From positions 1-28,371 of IMG/VR virus record IMGVR_UViG_3300030372_001252: a stretch of 28,371 bases of DNA; one strand, written 5' to 3'. Positions 8,260-18,446 of this stretch are shown here, in pieces (positions within the stretch are counted from its first letter, which is position 1; every line of letters begins with the position of its first letter). Source of the stretch: a virus (taxonomy: Duplodnaviria; Caudoviricetes). Position numbers and translations under genes: made by a program. The notes below the pieces were generated by a model, which did not search any database, was not told the DNA's origin, and saw nothing but the letters and a program-made list of their open reading frames with translations.

Positions 8260-8837
8260 TATCCTGCTACCTCCAATAATTGTATAGAAGCTGGATTGCT
8301 ATCAACTTGAAAATAGATGTGTCCGTTATCTCCTGTTGATTCTGGTCTTCCTTGTGTTTTATATGTCACAGCACTTGTTGTACTAGGTGAATCTAAATAA
8401 TTAATACTAATAATACCTCTAATATCCATTCCAGTGGCTCCTATGTTCCCTAGTATGTTCGGCCCCCAAGCCCATGCGTTTGCACAAGATAAAATAGCTG
8501 TACTATCTCTAACAAGTTGCCAAGCGGCTCTTGGTTTGACAGCACCACTAATATCGTCTTTCCATACATAGAAAGGTTGGTGTACTAAAATCAAAATCTT
8601 ATTACTAGAAGAGCTAGGAGTTATAGAAGCTGACAAAGTACTATCTGTCATGCTTGCCGAGTTGACTAATGTTGAAGTTGTTGAAGCTTGAGTTACAACT
8701 TGAAGTATTGCTCCTGCTCCTCTCTTGGGTGCTGTCACTGCATTAGCAGCAATCATATCTGTATCTACTATTCCATCAGGTAAGCCGCCTACAGAGACTC
8801 CTGTGACGGTACCGTTTCCATTAATTGTAATTGCCAT
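8259..8837 (-). CDS. Accessory tail fibre module (192 aa)
   Basis: Start reassigned to MAITINGNG at 8837, a TAATG overlap with the fibre stop. Motifs GAILQVV, SITPSSSSNKILI, YLDSPSTTSAVTYK, IQLLEVAG. Confidence 0.75.
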   Translation of the reverse strand: MAITINGNGTVTGVSVGGLPDGIVDTDMIAANAVTAPKRGAGAILQVVTQASTTSTLVNSASMTDSTLSASITPSSSSNKILILVHQPFYVWKDDISGAVKPRAAWQLVRDSTAILSCANAWAWGPNILGNIGATGMDIRGIISINYLDSPSTTSAVTYKTQGRPESTGDNGHIYFQVDSNPASIQLLEVAG

Positions 8838-11383
8838 TAGATTACCGTCCAAGATTCACCAGCACCAACCGTTACGGTGATACCAGAATTTATAGTTATA
8901 GGTCCAAAGGAACCTGCGTTGTAATTGTTTTGTATAGTGTAGTCATGGGTAACTGTTTGTTGGTTTTCCCAGAAGACACCATTACTATTACTATTACCAC
9001 CTGTTGCTCCAGCTGCAGCTAGTTCCCATGTCATCCCACCTGTATTACCAGATTGAGCTGTTAGGACGTAACCGTTAGTTGGTGCATTAGATATTTGTAG
9101 TCTAGCTTCATCAACAGAAGCATCAGCTATTTTAGCTTGTGTTACTGCATCATCAACCATAGAAGCTGTTACAACAGCATTTGAGGCTAGATGTTCTGCA
9201 GCTACTGCATCGTCAGCTATCTTTGTACCATCTATAGCATCAGCTGCAATCTTAGCAGTTGTAACTGCAAGGTTCTGCAGTTTAGCTGTAGCTACAGTAT
9301 TATCACCTGGAGTAGTAATAGTTAAAGCAGATCCAAACTGTACAATAAATACACTGTCACCACTAGCTAGGTTAGATCCAAATATAATAGTATTAGCGTC
9401 AACAAGTGCGAATCCCTCACTAGGAGCAGATGTACCTGTATTAGCTTTCTGTACTACACCGTTAATACTAACAAGTAGTTGAGCTGCACTAGTTACACTA
9501 GCTGCTGAACCTGAGTTACTAGATTCTCTAAGGTCATATGTAGCAATACTACCATTTAAAGTAGGTGCTCCTGATCCTCCAGCTGGACAAAGGAATAGAT
9601 ATTTAAAATCTCCAGTAGATGTAACTTCTTTAAATGCTGAAGTAGCTGAGTCATAGACTTTCATCTTATCAGCATTTGTGTCGTATATTAGATCACCTTC
9701 ATCATTATTAGATCCAGGTTCTCCAGCTACTACACGGTATCTAGCTGCAAAATCGTTTATATCATTACTTAAGCTAAGTAGATCAGCTTCTTTAAGTGTT
9801 GCTTTGTGGTAGTTATATATCTGACCAGAGCCAGTAGAACTAACCATAAATGCTACTCCATTATCAACAGTAGAACTGTTAAAGTTAGAAGCTATGTTAT
9901 TAATAGTTACTGTTGAACCACCTACAGTTCTACCTGTAGTACTAGTACCAGATCCATTAACAACAAGACCACCAGCATCAGCTATAGAGATAACTACACC
10001 AGCTGCAGGTTGAGTATTAGGGAATGCTGCATCTGTTGCTATAACTTCTAATCCCCCTATTGGAGCAAGTTGAGCAGCAACATAATCGACAACAGCTCCA
10101 CTAGTAGGGTATGCGGCATCAGTATCTGATATAGTAGTTTCAACAGACTTACCATCGACCACCGTATTAATTTCGGCAAGAGTCGCAGTAAGAGTAGTAC
10201 CAGCTGCCAAAATACTTGCAGTACCTGTTTGCATACCAGCAAGCGTTGTGAGTTCAGCATCGGCTATCTCTGAGGTTGTAACGGAGTTAGCTGCTAAATG
10301 TTCAGCACCAATAGCATTGTCTGCTATCTTAGCTCCAGTTACAGCATCAGCTCCTAGTTTAGCTGTAGTTACAGCACCATCAACTAGTTCACTGGTACCT
10401 ACAGAACTATCAGCCATCTTAGCTAATGTGACTGCATTATCTACTATAGAAGCAGTTACAACAGCACTAGAAGCTAGTTCATCAGGTCCAATAGCATCAT
10501 CTGCTACTTTAGCTTGAGTAACTGAGTTAGAAGCTAGAGCTGTAGCATCTACGGACCCTGCTGCATAATGTTCAGAATCTATAGAATCTGCTACTAAATG
10601 TTCTGAATCAATAGAATCATCAGCAATCTTAGCACCAGTTATAGCATCTGCTGCTATCTTAGCTGTAGTAACCTGTAAGTTTGCTATATGAGCTGTATCA
10701 ATAGACCCGTCTACATATTGTTCTGAGTCTATTGCATTATCTGCTATCTTTGCATTAGTAATTGCGTCTGCTGCTATCTTAGCTGTAGTAACTTGAGAAT
10801 CAGCAATGTGTGAAGTATCTATACTACCATCTACTAATTCCGAAGAATCAACAGAGTTAGCAGCAAGCATTGTCGCAGTAACTGTACCAGTATCTCCAGT
10901 CGTTACCACCGTACCTGTTACGTTAGGTAAGGTGATTGTACGATCTGCAGTAGGGTCAGCTACTTTAAGAGTAGTCTCATATGCATCATCTGTAGCACCT
11001 TCAAATATAAGGTCTACGTCTTCTGCTAATGTGAGGTCTCCAGTCATAGTTCCTCCAGTATTCTGGAAGAATCTACCACCTACCTCTTGGGTCTTATATA
11101 AGTTCTGAGTAAAGTTATCATTCAGATCTTCAGATTTAATAGCTGAACCTGGATAGAAGGTAGCTGTTAAATTGTCAACATTCGTTTGTCTAAGTATTTT
11201 GATTTTAGCTCCACTTGCAGGAGCACTATTAAATTGTACCGTGGTAGCATTGGCGAATGACCATGCAGTAGTCACGGCTGCGTCAACCTGAACTTCTACG
11301 TCAGTTGACTTAAGATATGGAAATGTGAATGAGTAATTGGTGGTGGAGCCATTACCTGTATACGATTGTTCTGTAACAGCCAT
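8837..11383 (-). CDS. gp17: Tail fibre protein (T7 gp17-like N-terminus)
   Basis: N-terminal YTGNGSTTNYSFTFPYL...F.PGSAIKSEDLNDNF anchor domain, long A/D/T-rich repeats, position right after gp16. Confidence 0.9.
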   Translation of the reverse strand: MAVTEQSYTGNGSTTNYSFTFPYLKSTDVEVQVDAAVTTAWSFANATTVQFNSAPASGAKIKILRQTNVDNLTATFYPGSAIKSEDLNDNFTQNLYKTQEVGGRFFQNTGGTMTGDLTLAEDVDLIFEGATDDAYETTLKVADPTADRTITLPNVTGTVVTTGDTGTVTATMLAANSVDSSELVDGSIDTSHIADSQVTTAKIAADAITNAKIADNAIDSEQYVDGSIDTAHIANLQVTTAKIAADAITGAKIADDSIDSEHLVADSIDSEHYAAGSVDATALASNSVTQAKVADDAIGPDELASSAVVTASIVDNAVTLAKMADSSVGTSELVDGAVTTAKLGADAVTGAKIADNAIGAEHLAANSVTTSEIADAELTTLAGMQTGTASILAAGTTLTATLAEINTVVDGKSVETTISDTDAAYPTSGAVVDYVAAQLAPIGGLEVIATDAAFPNTQPAAGVVISIADAGGLVVNGSGTSTTGRTVGGSTVTINNIASNFNSSTVDNGVAFMVSSTGSGQIYNYHKATLKEADLLSLSNDINDFAARYRVVAGEPGSNNDEGDLIYDTNADKMKVYDSATSAFKEVTSTGDFKYLFLCPAGGSGAPTLNGSIATYDLRESSNSGSAASVTSAAQLLVSINGVVQKANTGTSAPSEGFALVDANTIIFGSNLASGDSVFIVQFGSALTITTPGDNTVATAKLQNLAVTTAKIAADAIDGTKIADDAVAAEHLASNAVVTASMVDDAVTQAKIADASVDEARLQISNAPTNGYVLTAQSGNTGGMTWELAAAGATGGNSNSNGVFWENQQTVTHDYTIQNNYNAGSFGPITINSGITVTVGAGESWTVI
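10255..10885 (-). repeat. Coding tandem repeat (about 10-aa unit, VTTAKIAADA/IDSEHY type) in the tail fibre
   Basis: The repeats are visible in the translation. An exact 26-bp copy tctgctgctatcttagctgtagtaac lies at 10647-10672 and 10767-10792 (120-nt period). A second block occurs near 9100-9310. Confidence 0.85.
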
Positions 11384-11392
11384 AATGTTTGT

Positions 11393-14300
11393 TTATCTGT
11401 TTCCTCCAAAGTTTAGGAGTTGTTGTGTTTCTAAGTCTCGTTTTTGTATCTGTGCAGCACCTTTTACATTACCTTTCTTCATACTATCATTTATAAGTAT
11501 TTGTTTATTTATAGTCTCAACCATTTCTGGATGCTCTTGGAGTAACTTAAATTCTGCTTTTTTCTGAGCATCTCTTACGATAGCATTAATCTCTACATAA
11601 ACTGGAAGTAGTTGTTTTTTAAGTTTTAAACTATCATTCTTTAAATCTGCATTTGTAGTTCTGTGTGCTCTTAGTTCAGCAATAGAATTGTTAAATTTAG
11701 GATTCTTCATTATTCTCTCTATTTGTTTAGAGAGATTCATTTCACCTATATACTTATAAATCTGTTCTCTTTCAGTAGGTGTGTATTCATAAGATCCAGT
11801 TGAATCTTTTGTTAATCTACTTAATCCATCATACTGAATTTCTTGTAACCATACTCTCCATGGTTCTCTAGTACCACTTATCTTAAGTGGGTTTATAGAA
11901 TTTAATATTCTTAGGAATGGGTTATCAATATCATTAACAGGCTGACCTGTCCAAATATCTATTTGATCTGGTAAGGTATTCTTGAATCCAGGTAGTCTAT
12001 TCTTTATGTAATCCTTGACTTCCCCATCAATATCTTTCTGAGCACTATCTATAGCATTAGCTAAGACACCAGCTCCTCCAGATAGAGGTAAGAATGATCT
12101 TGAAGTATTAGCAATTAGTCTATTCCAACCACTCATATCACCGTTAGTAGCAGCGATTAGTGGTTCAAAACCTTGCAGTGGAGTTTCGTTAAGGAAACTG
12201 GAAGCTAATGTCCAAGCTAGTTTACCTTCCCAATTAGCCATTGCTGGTTCATTTAAGTCTTTAGAGTAATATGCTATATCTCCCATGATACTTAATACCT
12301 GTTCAATACCCCATATACCTTTATAACTAACCCACTTACCACCTATATTAATGGTCTTAGGTTCATAACCAAATTGGTCACGTTCTTTCTTTCTACGTGA
12401 AGCATTGTAGTTCCCATTACCTCTGATATTACCTCCCATAGCATATTGATGTAAGGTACCTACCATAAGAGTACTGAAAGCTAATCTTCCTGTATACTCA
12501 GCTCTAAGGTTTTCAAAGATAACTTGAGCATTAGGTGTAGTAGCCATGTCTATACCATGCTCTGCTAAAGCTTGTGCTATATCATCTTGAGTTCTAGCAT
12601 AGATAGTTTTACTATACTTATTGAATCCAGGTATTAGACTTAATGGAGTCCAAGACGCAGATGCTTTAATGTAGTTACTAGATGTTCTAGGGAACATAGC
12701 TAAGAACTTAGTTACAGGATAAGCGTTTGTACCTTTATTAATCCAGTTAGCTAAACCATCATCTAAGTTAAGTTGAATTTCTCCAGCTACTGATCTTAAG
12801 ACATCATCTTTAATTAGACCATTAGCGTCAAAAAAGTTCTTATAGTGTTTAGCTTCTGCTGCATGGATCTTAGTCCAATCAGCAAATCCAAATTCACTAA
12901 ATACATCATCGTAAGCTCTAACTCTTGAGAGATAATGAGCTAACATAGTAGAAGTATAAGCATCAGGGAATACTAGACCAGTCATGCCATAACGCATAGC
13001 TGGATGTCTTCCTAGATCCTTCAGTAAATTAGCTAAATCATATTGCATGATTTTACCATAGTTACCTTCTACTTCCCAACCTTTCCTCATTTCCTCCATA
13101 ATATCCCACTTCTTATCAGCTTGGAAAGTAAAGTCCTTACGATAAGCTTTGATCATCATGTCTGGATCTTTATGAGCTTTCTTCATCATCTCAAATCCAT
13201 CACTCAAAGCTCTACGATTAGTTTCGTAGATAGATCCATAATGATAGACAGTTCTTTTCAAACCTTCAAAGTCGTCAGCTACACCCCATATACCATGACC
13301 TAATACAGCTGTAATAGGTTTCATGACTAGAGCATATGTGTTACCAACTCCAGCTCTGAATGCTGATAGGCCACTTAAGACGTTGTTCATGACAACACTC
13401 CAAGCACCTTTAGCGAATAGATTCAGTTCTTTAGGATCTGGACTCTTAATCATACCCATAGGTGTGACTTGAGAAGCAGCCCATTTATTTAACTTAGCTA
13501 AAGTATCTACATCTCCGTTAGTATGAGCATAAGCATCAACTAAAGGACGTAAGAAATGAGGTTTTAGTTTCTTTGTTTCTTTTAGAGTCTCAGTAAATCT
13601 TAAGTTTCTAGCATGGATAGCATTTTCTGCATCAGTGAACTCTTTAGTCAACTGTTCTATAACAGTATCTAATTCTTTAGGAGGAACTTGGTCAAACCAG
13701 TTCTTGTTTCTTAAACTCCAACCAGATAGATATTTGTTAAGAGCATACTCATCTAATAGGTATTGCATCTTATCAATAATAAGATCCATTACTCTATTTT
13801 CATCTACATAATCTCCACCTTGTCTGACAGCATCTGCTAGTGTGGAGGATTCTCTCCCCAAGGTGTCCATAACCCTCGCAGATGCCTCTGAAACCTCTCT
13901 TCCGAGGAATCTATCAGTCAAGTCTCTTAGAGCGAATGCAGCGGCTCTCGCTTGCTCTTCGTTCATAACATCAACTTTAAACCTTCCCATCAAGAAGTTC
14001 TTGACATCTCTGTTCTCATAGAATAATGCTCTAACATCATCCATGTTTTCAGCAGCAATGATACTTGTGTATATATCCCAAGCAGCAGCATTCATCTGTT
14101 TAGAGCTGTACCTAATACCATCTACGACAGCATTAAATCGCCCAGCATCTCTAGTCTCTTCAGCAACACCCATAACAGCACTACGAGAAGTATTGCCTAC
14201 CATAAGTCCTTTCTCTCTCATAGCTTCCGTCATGATAGGAGCTGGATCACCTTGAGATGTACCATTCTTAATAGCAGTAGTATCTGCCATATTCCTAGCT

Positions 14301-15613
14301 ACATTAGCTGGAGGTACACTTTGTCTTACTTCTGAAGCTGGATCTAATAAACCAGGAGATATATCACCATCTAATTCTAGTTCTAATTGATCTGGATTAG
14401 ATAACTTACGTCTAGCTGCAGCATCCTGTTCAGCTTGGAACTTAATCTCTTGTCTCTGTAGTCTAGCTTCTAAACCTCTATCCATACCCAGTTTATTTTC
14501 AAGATTCATGATCTCGTCCATAATCTGACGTTCTGTTTGTCTGTTGAGTTTACCAGAACTAACTAAAGTATTAAGTCTTTGTAGTTCAATAAGATCATCA
14601 GCATCAGATTCTTTGAATAGTTCTAGTTGTTTATAAGCTGCAGCCTTCTCATCTAATGGTTCGATGAAATCTACTGCAGTTTTCATACCATTTCTACCAT
14701 CTACAAAGGCACCTATTACTGTACCTATTGTACTTAATGCGGTACTTTCATAGAAGTTCTTCTGCTTTCTAACAGCTGGACTATCAGATTCTAAAGTCAC
14801 AAGTCCACTAGGTAGTGGTACTCTTCCTTTAGGTCCAAATACTCCAGGTAACATATCAGCTACAAATTTAGATGCGTTATGATCCTCACTTGTATCACTC
14901 AGTATAGCAACAGTTCCATCAGCTAATCCAAAAGCACCTAATCTAGTTAGATGCTTCATTAACCATGGATACTGATTTACTCCTCTAGCTGCTAATAATT
15001 GGTTTGTTGCACTTCCAGTATGTATAGCTGGTAAGACAACAGAAAGAACTTTCCTCATGTTTTGATATAGAGGATTATCTAACTTAGTTTTCTCATCCCA
15101 TCTATCATCTAACTTATTATACCCTGGAACTATTGTTCCTAAAGCATCATTAGTAAAGTCAGCATAAGCTAATCCTGGTACTGATAAAGCTTGGAAGTTC
15201 TGATCTAATTGATCAGTCATTCCTTTTAAACCAGGAGAATGTCCATAAATAGTTTTAGCATTATCTTGTCTAGCTTCTTCGTATTCTGCTAGACCCATAC
15301 CATGATATTTCTGGTACCAAGCTTCTTTTAGTTTATTTCTTTCATCTTTGAATTCAGGTCTATTATAAGGAAAGATACCAAATTTTCTATCTCTACCGAG
15401 ATGATACCATTCCTTATACTCCTTCATCATGGTTTCTTCATTATTACCTTGAGCAAGATCAACAGTACTATTACCTATTTCACTACGGAATGGAGCAGCA
15501 AATGAACCTTGTACAACTTCTGGTGTAACAACTTGAGTTTCTTCAGATGGTTGATTATCATACTGATCTAACAAAGACCAATCTTCTTCTTTAGTGTTTA
15601 ATTCCTCTTCCAT
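11393..15613 (-). CDS. gp16: Internal virion (ejection) protein, gp16-like
   Basis: 1406 aa, the largest gene, third of the core trio and directly before the fibre. Assigned mainly by size and synteny. Confidence 0.8.
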   Translation of the reverse strand: MEEELNTKEEDWSLLDQYDNQPSEETQVVTPEVVQGSFAAPFRSEIGNSTVDLAQGNNEETMMKEYKEWYHLGRDRKFGIFPYNRPEFKDERNKLKEAWYQKYHGMGLAEYEEARQDNAKTIYGHSPGLKGMTDQLDQNFQALSVPGLAYADFTNDALGTIVPGYNKLDDRWDEKTKLDNPLYQNMRKVLSVVLPAIHTGSATNQLLAARGVNQYPWLMKHLTRLGAFGLADGTVAILSDTSEDHNASKFVADMLPGVFGPKGRVPLPSGLVTLESDSPAVRKQKNFYESTALSTIGTVIGAFVDGRNGMKTAVDFIEPLDEKAAAYKQLELFKESDADDLIELQRLNTLVSSGKLNRQTERQIMDEIMNLENKLGMDRGLEARLQRQEIKFQAEQDAAARRKLSNPDQLELELDGDISPGLLDPASEVRQSVPPANVARNMADTTAIKNGTSQGDPAPIMTEAMREKGLMVGNTSRSAVMGVAEETRDAGRFNAVVDGIRYSSKQMNAAAWDIYTSIIAAENMDDVRALFYENRDVKNFLMGRFKVDVMNEEQARAAAFALRDLTDRFLGREVSEASARVMDTLGRESSTLADAVRQGGDYVDENRVMDLIIDKMQYLLDEYALNKYLSGWSLRNKNWFDQVPPKELDTVIEQLTKEFTDAENAIHARNLRFTETLKETKKLKPHFLRPLVDAYAHTNGDVDTLAKLNKWAASQVTPMGMIKSPDPKELNLFAKGAWSVVMNNVLSGLSAFRAGVGNTYALVMKPITAVLGHGIWGVADDFEGLKRTVYHYGSIYETNRRALSDGFEMMKKAHKDPDMMIKAYRKDFTFQADKKWDIMEEMRKGWEVEGNYGKIMQYDLANLLKDLGRHPAMRYGMTGLVFPDAYTSTMLAHYLSRVRAYDDVFSEFGFADWTKIHAAEAKHYKNFFDANGLIKDDVLRSVAGEIQLNLDDGLANWINKGTNAYPVTKFLAMFPRTSSNYIKASASWTPLSLIPGFNKYSKTIYARTQDDIAQALAEHGIDMATTPNAQVIFENLRAEYTGRLAFSTLMVGTLHQYAMGGNIRGNGNYNASRRKKERDQFGYEPKTINIGGKWVSYKGIWGIEQVLSIMGDIAYYSKDLNEPAMANWEGKLAWTLASSFLNETPLQGFEPLIAATNGDMSGWNRLIANTSRSFLPLSGGAGVLANAIDSAQKDIDGEVKDYIKNRLPGFKNTLPDQIDIWTGQPVNDIDNPFLRILNSINPLKISGTREPWRVWLQEIQYDGLSRLTKDSTGSYEYTPTEREQIYKYIGEMNLSKQIERIMKNPKFNNSIAELRAHRTTNADLKNDSLKLKKQLLPVYVEINAIVRDAQKKAEFKLLQEHPEMVETINKQILINDSMKKGNVKGAAQIQKRDLETQQLLNFGGNR

Positions 15614-18384
15614 TATCCTCCTTTAGGTAATCTGTATGGTAATTCTACTTTATTCTTTATTTTCTTTAAATCTTGTTTCAGACGTTCTTGATATATTATA
15701 CTCATTAAACCTGAACTTTTTATCAATTCAAAAGGAGTAACCCCTAGTGGCATATCTAAACCACCATTTCTTAAATAACCTGCAGAATCACTATAAACAA
15801 ATCCATTTTCAGTATGCTCTATTTGTACACCAGTGATTTCTGAGAAGATCTGTTCCGTGGTTTTACCTTCTTTTAGTGATGCACGGACTTGTCTTCTCAT
15901 AGGTCTTTCTCCTGTGTTAGCAAACGCTGCATTGAAATAATTAGTACCATTTTCATTTTGAGGAAGGATATTATTATTTGGTTTATTGTATGTATCGTTG
16001 TTCAGAAGAGTAGCTTCAGAACTACCTGATAATAGTTTAGGTGTATCTTTCAAGAAAGTCCATTTATCCTTTTTAGCTTCAATAACAGCATTAACAATCT
16101 GTGTAACTGAATACTTACTGTTTGCAGCTGCTACTAATATTGCTTGAGGTACATCAATATCAATGTTCTCGTAATCATCTAATTGACTCAATCGCTTTAG
16201 TTGATCTGATAATCTTTTAGCTTGTACTGTATTGATAAATCTAGGATGTTTAATTATATCATTTATACTATCATAATTAGATACTAAAGATGGATCACCT
16301 GTAGATATTGAGTCAATAGTATCTTTAGTTAAAGTATCCCAATTACCTTCATTAGCTTCTTCTTCAGTTATAGTTCTTTTACTATAATCAGCCATAACTG
16401 TTGTATCGTGATCTTCAAAGGCAGTGTATATCCATTTATTTTTGAATGTTCCGTCACCCCTTGTTCTCGCTAATGGTCCTTTACCAGGAGTACCATCAGC
16501 AGCTTCAGCTCCTTCATCAAAGACTCTTTTCAGTTCTGTGTTTGCAGCTGCTATAGAATCTCCTACTGATTGCTTTCCACCTACTCTTGCTTTTTTATAA
16601 GCAGCGAGCCATATACTATCTGCTACAAGTGTAGCTTTTTCTGCTGATCTAGATAGTTTTCCTGAAGCTCCAGTTAAAGGATTAGTAGCTTCTATTTCAG
16701 TAAATAGAACTTTATTACCTTTAGACACTCCAAAGATACCAGATTGTCCTGTACCTTCTATCTCTCCATAAGCATTTAATTCATCAAGAAGTTTTATTTC
16801 TTCTTGTATGTTTGTTTTTTGATCACTACCTTCAATACCACGTAGAAGCCTCATAGCTTCTTTTGTATCACCATCAATTAAAGCTCTTTTAATGTCTACA
16901 TAAACTTCTGCTATGTTATGATTAGTAGGATCAAAATCAATAAGGAATAAAGCTTGGTTTCTAGTCTCAGCAGTGTGAGATGAATCTTCCATTATCTCAT
17001 TAATCCATTCTAATCTTTGCTCATTCCAAGGTTTAGTTCCTTTCTCTTGACCTTTTTTAGCTTCGTATGCTTTTACTTTTTCTTTAAAGGTATTTAGTGC
17101 TGTGAGACCTTTTTGTTTTTGTACATTTTGAAGGTTACTATGCTGTTTAGCTTTTGCTTCATCAAAATCATTTAAGATTGATTCTGCTCTAACAGGATGT
17201 TTCTTATCGAATGGTACTATTTTTTCTCCTTTACCAGTATCAGGTATATCTATAGCTAATATATACTGAACATCTTCTCTACTTAAAGTTTTAATGTTAT
17301 GATCAATGTATCCTCTTTTAGCTTTATCTAAAGAATCAGCTACAGTCATAGGATGATCATAAGGGTTTGTTATAGTATTTCCAGATTTATGATAACCATT
17401 TTTATACTGTTGAGCTAATGCATGGATACCTGATTTAAACTGAGCAGCGTCACTAGGTCTATCGTTTAGAGATAATTTATTTCTAATTTCCAAAGAAGAT
17501 AGAGTAGAAATTTGCTTTTCTATTCTTTCATCAGTTAATTTATATTGATGAGAATCCCAAAACTTTTTCTTATCTTCTCTACCCATAGCAGAAGCCATGT
17601 CAAGTATTTCTCTACCACCTTCAGATTTAGGACTCATTCCTAATCTTTCTAATAATAGACGAGCACTTAACTCTTGTACTTCAAGAGCATTATCATACCC
17701 ATACTTAACATCACCTCTAGCTTCCCATGCAGCTATAGCATCAGATCTAACTAAACTTTTATTCTCTTTATACCATTGAGCTACTCTCTTTGCAGCCCAA
17801 TGTGTACTAATTTTAAATGTCTTATCGTGTAATACATTAGCTTGATCTGGATCTAACTCATAGGTATCTTGTTTAACATGTTCCCCTAATTGGAAATTAG
17901 CTAGTGTAGCTTGATCAGTAATCTTATTTAATACACCAGACTTTCTTACTTTATCTAGTTCAGCTTCACCTCTTAGCCTATCCTGACCTGCATATACACC
18001 TTGAGCTAATTTACTTAAATTCTTTGCAAACTTAGGTGCAAAATCTTTCCAGTAATCAGCCTTCTCTTTCAAAGCTTTAGCTTCGCCTTCCATTCTAGCG
18101 ACATCAGTTTCAGCAAACTTTTGGAATGCTTCGTATTTACGTGTTCTAGCTTTGTTTTCTAGTTCTTGCTTTTCACGTAGTACGCCTTCTTCAAAGCGAT
18201 GCTTATTTGATAAACCAGAGATAAACTGATTGTCTATTTCTTTTTGTCTAAGAGCAGCTAATCTCAAAGAATCTATTTGAATCTTTTGCTGCTCTTGTAT
18301 TCTACTTTCAGAGGCTCGTAAGCCTTCGCCTAGACGTTTGAACCCTCTTCGTTCACCGCCAGGCTTGTATCTGCTTTTTGCCAT
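15613..18384 (-). CDS. gp15: Internal virion protein, gp15-like
   Basis: 923 aa, helical and charged, with matching synteny. Confidence 0.7.
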   Translation of the reverse strand: MAKSRYKPGGERRGFKRLGEGLRASESRIQEQQKIQIDSLRLAALRQKEIDNQFISGLSNKHRFEEGVLREKQELENKARTRKYEAFQKFAETDVARMEGEAKALKEKADYWKDFAPKFAKNLSKLAQGVYAGQDRLRGEAELDKVRKSGVLNKITDQATLANFQLGEHVKQDTYELDPDQANVLHDKTFKISTHWAAKRVAQWYKENKSLVRSDAIAAWEARGDVKYGYDNALEVQELSARLLLERLGMSPKSEGGREILDMASAMGREDKKKFWDSHQYKLTDERIEKQISTLSSLEIRNKLSLNDRPSDAAQFKSGIHALAQQYKNGYHKSGNTITNPYDHPMTVADSLDKAKRGYIDHNIKTLSREDVQYILAIDIPDTGKGEKIVPFDKKHPVRAESILNDFDEAKAKQHSNLQNVQKQKGLTALNTFKEKVKAYEAKKGQEKGTKPWNEQRLEWINEIMEDSSHTAETRNQALFLIDFDPTNHNIAEVYVDIKRALIDGDTKEAMRLLRGIEGSDQKTNIQEEIKLLDELNAYGEIEGTGQSGIFGVSKGNKVLFTEIEATNPLTGASGKLSRSAEKATLVADSIWLAAYKKARVGGKQSVGDSIAAANTELKRVFDEGAEAADGTPGKGPLARTRGDGTFKNKWIYTAFEDHDTTVMADYSKRTITEEEANEGNWDTLTKDTIDSISTGDPSLVSNYDSINDIIKHPRFINTVQAKRLSDQLKRLSQLDDYENIDIDVPQAILVAAANSKYSVTQIVNAVIEAKKDKWTFLKDTPKLLSGSSEATLLNNDTYNKPNNNILPQNENGTNYFNAAFANTGERPMRRQVRASLKEGKTTEQIFSEITGVQIEHTENGFVYSDSAGYLRNGGLDMPLGVTPFELIKSSGLMSIIYQERLKQDLKKIKNKVELPYRLPKGG

Positions 18385-18446
18385 TGTTTAATTAACCGTA
18401 TACTTTAAGGCATAGAAGTATCCCAATAATTAGGATTAGAGCTATT

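Noticed and set aside
8838-8852. ORF-track start MDGNL for the 197-aa ORF
   Set aside because: The ATG at 8837 forms the TAATG coupling used throughout this genome and is the more likely start.
10640-10800. Direct repeats as a CRISPR array
   Set aside because: The repeats are in-frame coding units of the fibre with homologous intervening sequence, and no cas genes are present.
10248-11567. Plus-strand ORFs opposite the tail fibre (10248..10517, 10806..11108, 11337..11567) and similar plus-strand ORFs elsewhere
   Set aside because: These are antisense shadows of biased-codon minus-strand genes. They have no recognisable motifs and run against the uniform gene orientation.
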